DNA of 64,000 nucleotides from Patescibacteria group bacterium (GTDB lineage Bacteria; Patescibacteriota; Dojkabacteria; JAKAPS01): the NCBI GenBank assembly GCA_025450075.1, contig JANWIC010000011.1, positions 902 to 64,901 of the forward strand, in the 5' to 3' direction. The notes under the pieces were generated by a model. It was not told the DNA's origin. It was given only the letters and a program-made list of their open reading frames with translations, and searched no databases. Each line of letters opens with the position of its first letter. Position 1 is the first letter of the stretch. Both the position numbers and the translations under genes were made by a program. This document shows, in pieces, positions 36,883 to 46,461 of this stretch.

Positions 36883-38172
36883 TTAATATAATGCATAAGC
36901 ATCACCCATTTCACTGAGTGAATAGTATTCATGGGTTCCGCCTCCAGTACCGAGGAATGTTAATCCTGAGCCATACCATGGGTCGTTGATGAGGTAATTA
37001 CCTCCGCCCAGTACCTGGTAAAGAACAACCCAGTGTTCACCTGACGGAGCACTTAGATAGACAATAACCGGATGTCCTTGATTAATTTGAGAATCGATAT
37101 CTGATTGACTATATAGTAAATGTGGGCCGATCGGTAAGCTTGGCCATGCAGCCATATAGTTTCCACTGAACCATGTTCGTGCAGCAATCTCCGGTGGGGT
37201 ATATCCAGCGCCTAATTCTTTAGTTGCTACCATTGCAATATCTGTTATAAGACAGCCATAGGTCATATCGATCGATGTTCCATACATACCCTGGAGTCTT
37301 CCATAACACTGTTGGTTAAAGTACCACCAATTTCCTGCAACACATCCTGTATTTCCACCATATACTGCCACCTGCATTGAGTTCATCTGGCTGACAAGCT
37401 CCTCATATTTTACCTGGTCAGAGCTTAATTGATGGGTTATTGAATTTTTTGAATAATTTAAAGAAGCAAGCTGAGTTTGCAATTGTGATTGCTGATCCTT
37501 TAGGCCATTTTGTTCGTTAACTAATTGTGATTGAGCTGTAGCCAGATCAGCTTCCTGAACACTCAAATCATTTAATTTCTGTTGCATGGTAAACTGATTA
37601 TCTTTCATCTGGCTTAACAAATCAGAATCTTGTTTTCTGGTATTGGTAAAATATTCCAGGTTTGCGAATACATCAGTAATAGATTTATTCCCTAATGTAA
37701 TTAACAAAGGATCGACATAGGAGTTTTCATAACTTATTCGCGCTCGCTGTACAAAATCTGCATACAACGAATTGATTTTTGCATTTAATGCATCAATTTG
37801 TGTTTTCTCATCAGAAATGGATTGGTTTAACAAATCAATTTGCGATTGTTTTTCAGATATTAATTGCTGTTTTTGCGAAATGATATCCTGCAATTGGGAA
37901 ATAGTTTGGGTATTGGATTGTATCTTTCCTTGCAATGATTGTAACTGGCCGACTTCCTGTTGAATTCGAGTGCTTAACTGGGACATCTGACCTTGCAATT
38001 GGTTTATTTCATTCCATAATCCTGAATTTGACTGGGCATTAATATCTGCCGGTTTTGTATAGATGCTTGATGCGGAAATAATTGCGATACACGCAGTGAA
38101 AAAAATAATAGTTTTCCTTTTTAATTTCTTTTTTAGTATTTGTTTATCAGGGAGCAGTTTCATATATTTCAA
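36883..38172 (-). CDS. PcsB/EnvC-like secreted coiled-coil protein with a C-terminal papain-like (C39-like) cysteine peptidase domain. Putative FtsEX-controlled cell-wall hydrolase.
   Basis: 429 aa. Signal/TM, then about 200 aa of Q/L-rich coiled coil. C-terminal domain with Cys (GNTGCVAGNWWYF) and His (GEHWVVLYQ) in papain/C39-like order. Directly upstream of ftsX-ftsE on the same strand. Confidence 0.55.
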   Translation of the reverse strand: MKYMKLLPDKQILKKKLKRKTIIFFTACIAIISASSIYTKPADINAQSNSGLWNEINQLQGQMSQLSTRIQQEVGQLQSLQGKIQSNTQTISQLQDIISQKQQLISEKQSQIDLLNQSISDEKTQIDALNAKINSLYADFVQRARISYENSYVDPLLITLGNKSITDVFANLEYFTNTRKQDSDLLSQMKDNQFTMQQKLNDLSVQEADLATAQSQLVNEQNGLKDQQSQLQTQLASLNYSKNSITHQLSSDQVKYEELVSQMNSMQVAVYGGNTGCVAGNWWYFNQQCYGRLQGMYGTSIDMTYGCLITDIAMVATKELGAGYTPPEIAARTWFSGNYMAAWPSLPIGPHLLYSQSDIDSQINQGHPVIVYLSAPSGEHWVVLYQVLGGGNYLINDPWYGSGLTFLGTGGGTHEYYSLSEMGDAYALY

Positions 38173-38190
38173 ATATTTTTCACATCTATT

Positions 38191-39111
38191 CTAACTCAAT
38201 TTGCTACGTATAGCAATGAAACTCCCAATTGAGCCTACCAAACCGCCAAGAACCATTTCCCCTAAAATGACTAAAAGAATTTGTTCAACTCCTATGGCAG
38301 GAACAGGAATTCCTTTGAAGTATGAAAGAAGAACAATATAGGTAGATGAATAGAATCGAGTAAGAACGAAATACAAAATCCCTACCATTAAAATCGATAC
38401 AAATGCACCGATAATACCATAAATCGCTCCTTCCACAATATATGGAAGTTCAATAAATGAACGTGTGGCACCCACGAGTTCCATTATTTCAATTTCATCA
38501 GAATGAGATGTAAGAGCAATTCCAATTGTAATCCAAATAATGAGGAGAGAAATGCCTGCTAGGAACGAAATGAATGCAAGCGCAGAAATCCTGACAACTT
38601 TAATGAATTCTTTCAAAAAGTCTTCGACATTTTTGTAATACAATATCTTATCAATATTTTTGCTTTGATTTTGGTAGGAATACAAAACATTTGCAATCTT
38701 TTGCAAATCATCAATATTTGTTGTTTTAATTTCCAAACTAGGAGGAAGCTTATCCTCATTAACTGATTGAGATAAAGAAGGGCTATCCTGTTTTAGGAAA
38801 GTCAAATATTTCACATAAGCCTCATGTTTTGATACATAATGAATTTGCGTAGGGACATGTTCTGCAAGAACTGCATTTTTTATCGTATTCATATAGTCAT
38901 CAGCGTATGTGTCGGGATTAAAAAAAACTATAATTTGAGATTGGTTTTCAAAATAGTTAAGGATAATTCCAGCTCCGTAAAGAGATACAATAAAAAGAGA
39001 GGAAACAAAAAAAGTCAAAGCCATAATCAAAATCGAAGCAGCTGATAATTTTGCATTTCTTCTAATATGCAGGTAACTTGTGCGAATAATTCGAGATAGG
39101 TTTAACATCAT
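38191..39111 (-). CDS. ftsX: Cell division permease FtsX
   Basis: 306 aa. One TM, a large extracellular domain, then three TM helices. Adjacent to ftsE. Confidence 0.7.
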   Translation of the reverse strand: MMLNLSRIIRTSYLHIRRNAKLSAASILIMALTFFVSSLFIVSLYGAGIILNYFENQSQIIVFFNPDTYADDYMNTIKNAVLAEHVPTQIHYVSKHEAYVKYLTFLKQDSPSLSQSVNEDKLPPSLEIKTTNIDDLQKIANVLYSYQNQSKNIDKILYYKNVEDFLKEFIKVVRISALAFISFLAGISLLIIWITIGIALTSHSDEIEIMELVGATRSFIELPYIVEGAIYGIIGAFVSILMVGILYFVLTRFYSSTYIVLLSYFKGIPVPAIGVEQILLVILGEMVLGGLVGSIGSFIAIRSKLS

Positions 39112-39117
39112 AATTCG

Positions 39118-39795
39118 TTATTCAAGATATCCTCCTTTTGAATCTCTTACCAATTTTCCACCTTCGATAGCAAGTACTCGTTTTTGTAATGAATTAACCA
39201 CATCAGTAGCATGAGTAGCCATTATGACCGTGGTTCCCCAGTTATTGATTTTGTTTAAGAGTTGTATGATATCCCATTGCATAGATGGGTCAAGATTTCC
39301 CGTCGGTTCATCTGCTATTAATACTTGTGGATCATTAATCATAGCCCTCGCTATTGCGGTTCTTTGTCGTTCTCCTCCGGATAACTGATTAGGAAAGTTT
39401 TTTGCTTTTGTAGTAAGATCAACAAGTTCTAACATATAGTCGACGGATTTTTTAATTTCTGCCTGAGGCTTACCCGCTACTTCCATAGCAAAAGCAACAT
39501 TCTCATATACAGTTTTTGTCGGAAGCAGTTTATAGTCTTGGAAAACAACACCAATTTCACGACGTAAATGCGGTAATCCCTTATTTTTTAATTTCACCAC
39601 ATCAAATCCGGCAAATTTAATACTTCCCGTTGATGGAAGTTCTTCTCGAATCAAAAGTCTAATAATGGTTGATTTTCCTGCGCCTGATGGACCAACGACA
39701 AAGATAAATTCTCCTTCAGCTATGGTAAAAGATACATCATCAAGAGCGATAATATTCTGGTTATACTTTTTTGTTACGTTTTGAAATGTAATCAT
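39118..39795 (-). CDS. ftsE: Cell division ATP-binding protein FtsE
   Basis: 225 aa. GPSGAGKST, LSGGERQRTAIARA, VLIADEPTGNLD. Confidence 0.85.
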   Translation of the reverse strand: MITFQNVTKKYNQNIIALDDVSFTIAEGEFIFVVGPSGAGKSTIIRLLIREELPSTGSIKFAGFDVVKLKNKGLPHLRREIGVVFQDYKLLPTKTVYENVAFAMEVAGKPQAEIKKSVDYMLELVDLTTKAKNFPNQLSGGERQRTAIARAMINDPQVLIADEPTGNLDPSMQWDIIQLLNKINNWGTTVIMATHATDVVNSLQKRVLAIEGGKLVRDSKGGYLE

Positions 39796-39888
39796 ACTAT
39801 TTTCCTATACAGCATAATCTATTATTGCTATATTTTCAAGGCTTAAAAGAATAAAATACTGAAGAAACAGGAATAATAGTAGTATTTA

Positions 39889-40995
39889 TTACAGAGATAA
39901 CTCCGCTTTCACAAAAGGTTCTAAATTTCCATCGAGAACACCATCCGCATCTGAGGTTTCCACTCCTGTCCTAAGATCTTTCACAAGTTTATATGGCTGA
40001 AGAACATAATTCCTAATCTGGTTTCCCCATCCTGCAACTTTGTATTCTCCTTTGATATCAGATTTTTCTTTTGCTGCTTTTTCTAACTCAAGTTGGAAAA
40101 GTTTTGCGCGAAGTCTTTTAAGAGCCATATCTTTGTTTTGATATTGCGTACGTTCTGATGATGAGACGACCACAATACCAGTTGGTTTATGAGTCAGCTG
40201 TACTTTTGTATTTACTTTATTCACATTCTGTCCGCCCGCTCCACCACTTCTGGATGCTTGAAATTCAATATCATCATCTTTAATATTTACTTCAGCATTA
40301 GATTCAATCACTGGCATTACTTCAACCAGAGCGAATGATGTTTGTCTTAATCCTTGTGCGTTAAATGGAGAGATACGAACAAGGCGATGTGCACCCATTT
40401 CATGTTTTAAGTAGCCATATACAAAAAGTCCAGATACAACAAGGGTAGCATTATCTATCCCTGCCTCACTTCCTTTTACCACTTCTTCTTCACTAATCTT
40501 CCATCCTTTGGATTGGATATATCGGGTATACATGCGATAAAGTATCTGAGCCCAATCACATGCTTCAGTTCCACCCTGGCCTGCATGGATGGAGATGATT
40601 GCATTTCCTTTATCATATTTACCTGATAAATAAGTGATTATCTCCAGATCCTCAGTTTTGTTCATGAGTGAAATGAGTGAGGTAGACATATCCTGAAGAA
40701 GATTTGAAATCTCTTCTTCACTCATTCCTGCATCATACATTTCTTTAAGTATTTCTTGAATATCTTTTGCTTCAGATTCTATTGATGAAATTCCTGTAAT
40801 CTGGTTTTCAAGAAAAGAAATTTCTTGCATAACTTTTTGAGCATGATCCGTATTTTGCCAAAAATCGGAAGTTAATGATTCTGCTCGAAGCATCTCAACC
40901 TTTTTTTCTAATGTAGGAATATTAAGTGAATCTTTAATTGTATGAATCTTTTCTAAAAGTTCAGCAAGCTTTTTTTCAATTTCGTATTTATCCAT
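39889..40995 (-). CDS. prfB: Peptide chain release factor 2 (no programmed frameshift)
   Basis: 368 aa. GGQ motif ([12 protein letters not shown]) and SPF tripeptide (RISPFNAQG). The N-terminal region is in-frame. Confidence 0.9.
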   Translation of the reverse strand: MDKYEIEKKLAELLEKIHTIKDSLNIPTLEKKVEMLRAESLTSDFWQNTDHAQKVMQEISFLENQITGISSIESEAKDIQEILKEMYDAGMSEEEISNLLQDMSTSLISLMNKTEDLEIITYLSGKYDKGNAIISIHAGQGGTEACDWAQILYRMYTRYIQSKGWKISEEEVVKGSEAGIDNATLVVSGLFVYGYLKHEMGAHRLVRISPFNAQGLRQTSFALVEVMPVIESNAEVNIKDDDIEFQASRSGGAGGQNVNKVNTKVQLTHKPTGIVVVSSSERTQYQNKDMALKRLRAKLFQLELEKAAKEKSDIKGEYKVAGWGNQIRNYVLQPYKLVKDLRTGVETSDADGVLDGNLEPFVKAELSL

Positions 40996-41033
40996 AAATG
41001 TGGAAACAATGCTGCTATTATAGCATAAAAAGG

Positions 41034-41414
41034 TCAGTTTTTAGCAGTAAAGAATGTTTTTACTTCATCCTTTATTTGTGATGGAGAGAATGTAGCTTTA
41101 ATTATATAGCCATCTGCTTGTTCTTGGAATCCTTGAGTAATAACAGATTCATCAGAAACATTTGTAAGCAATATAACCGGAATTGCTGCGGTAAGCGGAT
41201 CAGATTTGAGAGCTTTTAATACTTCAAGCCCGCTCATCAAAGGCAACATAATATCAAGTAGGATAATATCTGGATGATATTCTAATGCGACTTTTAATCC
41301 TTCTTTTCCATCCAGAGCATTTTTTACTTCAAAACCATCTAGTTGGAAACTTTCCGCATAGATTTTTGCTAAATCTTTGTCGTCTTCAATAATGAGAATT
41401 TTTTTATTTGTCAT
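41034..41414 (-). CDS. Response regulator, stand-alone receiver domain
   Basis: 126 aa. [11 protein letters not shown]...[21 protein letters not shown]. Confidence 0.8.
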   Translation of the reverse strand: MTNKKILIIEDDKDLAKIYAESFQLDGFEVKNALDGKEGLKVALEYHPDIILLDIMLPLMSGLEVLKALKSDPLTAAIPVILLTNVSDESVITQGFQEQADGYIIKATFSPSQIKDEVKTFFTAKN

Positions 41415-41419
41415 ATATC

Positions 41420-41953
41420 TTAAATATTAAATGCCTTTTTAATTGCGTCTGACATTGCTGTGGTAAACGCAACACTAATATTATCATACCCACTTATAGG
41501 AGAAACTTCAACTACCTGATTTTTCACGGCCTCACTGGCAAGTTGCTCGAGTATTGACATGTCTGTATTTTTAGGCAAAGTTAAAAAATCTACATTTGCT
41601 AATACCCCTTTTGAAATTGTAATCTTGATTATGAGTACACCATCTTGGGTAGAGGAAACACCAGTATATGTACCATCTTTGTATGCACCTGGCGGATTTA
41701 ATTTTGATCCATTAAGTGGTTGAACTGATTGAGCTCCTGTAGCGATTCCAACAGAAAATGTAGTTTCACTTCTGCTTGGATTTTTTTGGTTTGCTGAAGG
41801 TGCCGGATTTGTAACACCTGCAATTACACTTCCAAGAACAGGAACTTTTCTAAAATACTGGGGATCAGTTTTTCCAAGAATGAAAAGGATACCAAGTGCA
41901 GCGATCAGGATAGCAATGAGTACGGTATTTCTTCGGGTTTGTTTCTCTTCCAT
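41420..41953 (-). CDS. FMN-binding domain membrane-anchored protein
   Basis: 177 aa. N-terminal TM. YKDGTYTGVSSTQDGVLIIKITISKG matches the FMN_bind pattern. Confidence 0.5.
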   Translation of the reverse strand: MEEKQTRRNTVLIAILIAALGILFILGKTDPQYFRKVPVLGSVIAGVTNPAPSANQKNPSRSETTFSVGIATGAQSVQPLNGSKLNPPGAYKDGTYTGVSSTQDGVLIIKITISKGVLANVDFLTLPKNTDMSILEQLASEAVKNQVVEVSPISGYDNISVAFTTAMSDAIKKAFNI

Positions 41954-41965
41954 TGATACTCTTAA

Positions 41966-42026
41966 AACACTAAATAGTATACTTCTTTAGTGTTAAATTG
42001 ACAACTTCGCTCGACAAGACTATACT
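41966..42026. promoter_or_regulatory. Divergent overlapping promoters with an inverted repeat
   Basis: Plus strand: TTGACA (41998-42003), 17 nt, TATACT (42021-42026) for the SPFH gene. Minus strand: TTGTCA (rc of 41999-42004), 17 nt, TATACT (rc of 41976-41981) for the FMN-binding gene. 9-bp inverted repeat AACACTAAA/TTTAGTGTT at 41966-41994 encloses the palindrome AGTATACT. Confidence 0.5.
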
Positions 42027-42047
42027 CCTAATATTATCCTCATATAC

Positions 42048-42965
42048 ATGCCAAATAATTCTTCTTCACAATATCCAGGTGCCCATCTTAGTGCAGTTTC
42101 AGGAATTCTTTTTTTCATTATTATTGTTATAGGTGGCGTAATCGGACTAGGCTTTTTAAGTATTTCAACTACCGCAGCAATTGTACTTTGGGCAATAACA
42201 TTTCTAACAGCATGGGCAGCTTCTTCATCTTTAAAGATTGCCTCTCAATGGGAGAAAGCAGTCATTTTACGCTTAGGTAAATTTGCTTCTTTAAAAGGAC
42301 CTGGTATTTTTTTCATTGTCCCCTTTATTGACACCATCCCATACTGGATTGATCTTCGAACAATCACATCTACATTTAAAGCTGAACAGACACTAACAAA
42401 AGATAATGTTCCAGTAGATGTGGACGCAATTCTTTTTTGGAGAGTAATAGATCCAAAAAAAGCAGCACTTGAAGTTGCGGACTATTACGCTTCAGTAAGT
42501 CTTGCATCTCAAACAGCACTTCGGGATATGATCGGGAAAACAGAATTATCAATGATGCTTGCTGGAAGAGAGTCAATTGATGCAGGATTAAAAGAAATAA
42601 TTGATAAAAGAACAGAACCTTGGGGTATCGAGGTAATCAGCGTAGAGATCCGGGATGTGAATATTCCTCCTGCATTGCAATCTGCCATGAGTCAACAGGC
42701 ACAAGCTGAAAGAGAAAGACAAGCTCGTGTAATTCTTGGAGATTCTGAAAGACAAATTGCAGAAAAATTTGCAGAAGCTGCAAAACAATATGAGAACAAT
42801 CCGACAGCACTCCATCTAAGAGCCATGAATATGCTTTATGAAGGATTAAAAGAAAAAGGTGCTCTCATTATCGTTCCATCATCTGCACTTGATACGATGA
42901 ACCTTGGAACCATTTCTGGATTAAGTGCAATGGAACAAGAATCAAGAAGCAGAAGAACGTCATGA
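42048..42965 (+). CDS. SPFH/Band-7 (stomatin/slipin-like) protein
   Basis: 305 aa. N-terminal TM helices, SPFH core, Ala/Gln-rich coiled-coil tail. Confidence 0.85.
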   Translation: MPNNSSSQYPGAHLSAVSGILFFIIIVIGGVIGLGFLSISTTAAIVLWAITFLTAWAASSSLKIASQWEKAVILRLGKFASLKGPGIFFIVPFIDTIPYWIDLRTITSTFKAEQTLTKDNVPVDVDAILFWRVIDPKKAALEVADYYASVSLASQTALRDMIGKTELSMMLAGRESIDAGLKEIIDKRTEPWGIEVISVEIRDVNIPPALQSAMSQQAQAERERQARVILGDSERQIAEKFAEAAKQYENNPTALHLRAMNMLYEGLKEKGALIIVPSSALDTMNLGTISGLSAMEQESRSRRTS

Positions 42966-43486
42966 TCATTTTGCTTTTAACACTTTTTTTTGTAGCGATC
43001 ATAACAATATCCCTCCTGATAGGTGCAATAGGAGTTCCATATGTACCGACCCCTTCAAAAGTTATACGTTCAATTGACCAGTTAGGACTAATTAAGGATG
43101 GGACAAATATTGTTGAATTAGGATCAGGAGATGCAAAATTTTTGAGGTATTTTTTTTCTAAATATCAAGTTAATGCTCAGGGATATGAAATTGCGCCGAT
43201 GTTAATCTTTGCCTCGTTTCTTTTGTGCTGGAGGACTAAATGCAAAACAAAAAGAAAAGAGCTTGTCATCCATGCAAAAAGTTTTTCATCTGCAGATATC
43301 TCCAAAACTGATGTAGTCTATTGCTATCTCCTTCCTCAAACATTAAAAAAACTTGCACCAAATTTTCAAACGATGAAAAAAGGATCCTTAATAATCTCCT
43401 ATGATTTTGCAATCCATGAACTCCCTGTTGAGCAGGTTTTGAAGCTGCCAAAAGGAAAGAAAATCCTTGTTTATAGAATAGTCTAA
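42962..43486 (+). CDS. Membrane-anchored putative class I SAM-dependent methyltransferase
   Basis: 174 aa. N-terminal TM. IVELGSGDAKF (GxGxG motif I). Confidence 0.4.
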   Translation: MIILLLTLFFVAIITISLLIGAIGVPYVPTPSKVIRSIDQLGLIKDGTNIVELGSGDAKFLRYFFSKYQVNAQGYEIAPMLIFASFLLCWRTKCKTKRKELVIHAKSFSSADISKTDVVYCYLLPQTLKKLAPNFQTMKKGSLIISYDFAIHELPVEQVLKLPKGKKILVYRIV

Positions 43487-43555
43487 AAGTACTGTTCAGC
43501 TAGCATTTTTCACTCCATTCAGTTAGAATAATCACAGTATTTTATTCCATATTTA

Positions 43556-43816
43556 ATGGCAGCATTTCAAAAAATCCGACAGCAGCTAAGCAAGCTACAT
43601 GGGTTCTATTTCCCGAAAAACATGCTTCCCCATTCGTTTATCCATGGGGTACTCGGATTTTTAGGAGCAGCCTTAGGAGCAAAGATTGCCACGCTTTATC
43701 AAGTACAAAGTACTTTATTACTTTTAGTTTGCATCATTTGTGCTTACTTCATCATTTCTACACTTTTCAGTTTACTTGTATTGATCTTCCAATCATTCCT
43801 GTTTGGAGAGAAATAG
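43556..43816 (+). CDS. Small hypothetical membrane protein
   Basis: 86 aa with two hydrophobic helices. Confidence 0.3.
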   Translation: MAAFQKIRQQLSKLHGFYFPKNMLPHSFIHGVLGFLGAALGAKIATLYQVQSTLLLLVCIICAYFIISTLFSLLVLIFQSFLFGEK

Positions 43817-43855
43817 CTTTTGTATCTAACGAACTGATAGGTATATAATGCGATC

Positions 43856-44782
43856 ATGAAAATGATGGTTATTATACAAGGACAAACCGGTACAGGAAAA
43901 ACTGATCTTGCATATCAAATTGCAAAAAGTTGTAACGGTGAGATCATCAGTGCTGACTCCCGACAAATTTATAGGATGGCAGATATCGGGACGAATAAGG
44001 AGGTGTTTTCTGATATCCCAACTCATTTAATTGATATAGTTAATCCAAATGAATCTTATAGCGCATGGGAATTTAGAAAGGATTGCCTAGAAACGTTACA
44101 CACAATTCTTGCAAAAAATAAATTACCAATTATTGTCGGCGGTACCAATTTTTATATTGATGTACTAACTGGAAGAAGGAAACTTTCACCGATTGATGAA
44201 GCATTCAAGCTCTTTGAAAATGAACAACAAAAGCTTCTCAAAGATATTGATTTGACTTCTCTTCATAAAATGCTTTCTAATATCTCCCCGGAAGTATTCT
44301 CATCCTTGAATAACAGTGAAATGCATAACAAGATGCGTTTAATTCGAAAAATTGCCATGCATAGTTATTACAAATCACTTCCGCAGTATGAAGAAATCAA
44401 TCCTTTGGATGGATTTTTCATCATGCAAATTGGAATACAGGTTGATAAGCAATCATTGGAAGATATTATTGCAACACGCACAGAGAAAATGTTTCAGAAG
44501 GGGTTGATAAAAGAAGCGGCAGATATTGCAATACAATTTGGTACAGGTTGTACAATTATGCAAACAATTGGATACAAAGAGTTAATTCCAGTTATCAATC
44601 ATGATAAGCATGAATTGAAGAAGATAAAAAATGAAATTATGGTACATACCCTGCAGTATGCAAAACGCCAATTGACTTGGATGAAAAAAGATGAAAACAT
44701 TTCATGGATAGATAAAAGAGATGACCTTAGCAATAAGGTCATCTCTGAAGTTATTAAAAAAATAGAAACCAGTGTTATTTAA
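43856..44782 (+). CDS. miaA: tRNA dimethylallyltransferase
   Basis: 308 aa. P-loop GQTGTGKT. ISADSRQIYR...IGT. IVGGTNFY. Confidence 0.8.
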   Translation: MKMMVIIQGQTGTGKTDLAYQIAKSCNGEIISADSRQIYRMADIGTNKEVFSDIPTHLIDIVNPNESYSAWEFRKDCLETLHTILAKNKLPIIVGGTNFYIDVLTGRRKLSPIDEAFKLFENEQQKLLKDIDLTSLHKMLSNISPEVFSSLNNSEMHNKMRLIRKIAMHSYYKSLPQYEEINPLDGFFIMQIGIQVDKQSLEDIIATRTEKMFQKGLIKEAADIAIQFGTGCTIMQTIGYKELIPVINHDKHELKKIKNEIMVHTLQYAKRQLTWMKKDENISWIDKRDDLSNKVISEVIKKIETSVI

Positions 44783-45047
44783 CAGCTGCTTTCAGTGCCT
44801 TTCCTGCTCTGAATGCTGGAGTCTTTGTTTCAGCAATCTTTAACTGTGCACCAGTCTGTGGATTTCTTCCAACTCTTGCTGATCTCATTCTGACTTCAAA
44901 TTTTCCGAATCCAGTAATTAATACTGTTTCGCCATTCTTAAGAGCTTTTGTAACAGAATCAATGAATGCATTGACTGCTTCTTCTGCACTCTTCTTCGTA
45001 AGGCCACATCGATTTGCAACCTCATCTACAATATCTTGTTTTAACAT
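44775..45047 (-). CDS. hup: DNA-binding protein HU
   Basis: 90 aa. GFGKFEVRMRSARVGRNPQTG...PAFRAGKALK is the HU/IHF signature. RBS AAGGAGG. Confidence 0.9.
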   Translation of the reverse strand: MLKQDIVDEVANRCGLTKKSAEEAVNAFIDSVTKALKNGETVLITGFGKFEVRMRSARVGRNPQTGAQLKIAETKTPAFRAGKALKAAVK

Positions 45048-45083
45048 TTGTATCGCCTCCTTTCTGTTTTCAATATTTTCTAG

Positions 45084-45112
45084 AGTATAAATGTTTTGTT
45101 GAACAATTGCAA
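45084..45112 (-). promoter_or_regulatory. Sigma70-like promoter for hup
   Basis: Minus strand: TTGCAA, 17 nt, TATACT, about 30 nt upstream of the RBS. Confidence 0.5.
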
Positions 45113-45131
45113 GTTTTTCCTATACTGACAA

Positions 45132-45938
45132 CTAATTCACGACATGATTAATTCTTTCTATTGATTTAACAACATTTTTTTCATCAATTGTTACAAGTAC
45201 TGAATTAACCATCCACGGCTTTTTTTCTTCAACTTCAAAACGTTCAAAGTGATATGGATTTAGCATCTTATTTATTATCGTTTCATATTTCACCCATAAA
45301 ACAGAATTGAGAGATCCAGCCATACCAACATCAGTAATGTATGCTGTTCCTTTATCTAATATCCGATCATCAGAAGTTTGCACATGAGTATGCGTCCCGA
45401 CAACAGCTTGTACTCTTCCGTCAAGGAAAAAGCCCATTGCAACTTTTTCACTTGTAGCTTCAGCATGAAAATCAACAAATATGATATCTACTTTGTCAGG
45501 AACATCATGTAGTTGTCCAAATTGTACTTTACGTAAAAATTCATCAGCAATACGAAAAGGGTTAAGCACTTCTTCTTTAATAAATACTTTTCCGATTAAG
45601 TTTAAAAGAAGAATTGTTTTATCTCCTACTTGTATCACTTTGTATCCTTTTCCAGGAAAATATTCAGGATAGTTGTACGGACGGATAACCAAAGAATCTT
45701 CTTTATTTAAATATTCAACAAAAGCCTGTTGATGCCATATGTCATTACCGGAAGTAAAATAGTCAACACCATAACTTTGTAATTCATTGATGACTTCTAC
45801 AGTTGCACCAATACCATGCGCAGCATTTTCACAATTTGCTATAACAAGATCAACTTCTTGTTTATACTTTTGTAAGAAATCTTTTACAGCAAGTCGTCCG
45901 GGCTTCGCAGAAATATCACCGATAAAAAGTATTTTCAT
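45132..45938 (-). CDS. ymdB: YmdB-like metallophosphoesterase (2',3'-cyclic-nucleotide phosphodiesterase family, TIGR00282)
   Basis: 268 aa. MKILFIGDISAKPGR...ANCENAAHGIG...GNDIWHQ. Confidence 0.75.
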   Translation of the reverse strand: MKILFIGDISAKPGRLAVKDFLQKYKQEVDLVIANCENAAHGIGATVEVINELQSYGVDYFTSGNDIWHQQAFVEYLNKEDSLVIRPYNYPEYFPGKGYKVIQVGDKTILLLNLIGKVFIKEEVLNPFRIADEFLRKVQFGQLHDVPDKVDIIFVDFHAEATSEKVAMGFFLDGRVQAVVGTHTHVQTSDDRILDKGTAYITDVGMAGSLNSVLWVKYETIINKMLNPYHFERFEVEEKKPWMVNSVLVTIDEKNVVKSIERINHVVN

Positions 45939-46456
45939 GAGGGTAGTATATTATATTTTTTTATGTATTCGTTGAGATCTTTATCTTTCCAAATTCTTGC
46001 AGGGTTAGATACATAGCGTAAAAAGATATGACCATCCATATGATCTATTTCATGCTGAAAGATATGTGCAAGAAATCCATTGCATTGACGAGTAATACTT
46101 TTATTATCTTTTGTCAGGTATTTTACCGTAATCTTAATGTCTCTGCTGACTTTGCTAAATAATTGGTCATCTCCTACACCAACACTCATGCATCCCTCCC
46201 ATTCTTCACTTGTCTCTCCAGAGCGATATATTATTTCCGGATTAATAATATGGATGTACTTATTTCCCAGCTTTATAACACTTAAACGAAGAGGAATACC
46301 AACTTGAATAGCAGCAAGTCCGACACAATTATCTGTTGTCTTACATGTTTCAATCATATTTGCAATAAGGGTGGATAATTTCTCATCAAACTCTGTTATG
46401 GGTTGAGAAATTTGCAGGAGCGTATCATTTGGATATTGCAGGATCGGTAGTATCAT
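45935..46456 (-). CDS. def: Peptide deformylase
   Basis: 173 aa. GLAAIQVG, EGCMSVG, QHEIDHMDG. Confidence 0.85.
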   Translation of the reverse strand: MILPILQYPNDTLLQISQPITEFDEKLSTLIANMIETCKTTDNCVGLAAIQVGIPLRLSVIKLGNKYIHIINPEIIYRSGETSEEWEGCMSVGVGDDQLFSKVSRDIKITVKYLTKDNKSITRQCNGFLAHIFQHEIDHMDGHIFLRYVSNPARIWKDKDLNEYIKKYNILPS

Positions 46457-46461
46457 ATGTA

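Noticed and set aside
40900-40995. Looked for the programmed +1 frameshift site (CUU UGA C) of prfB.
   Set aside because: Not present. The N-terminal region is in-frame with the GGQ/SPF-containing body.
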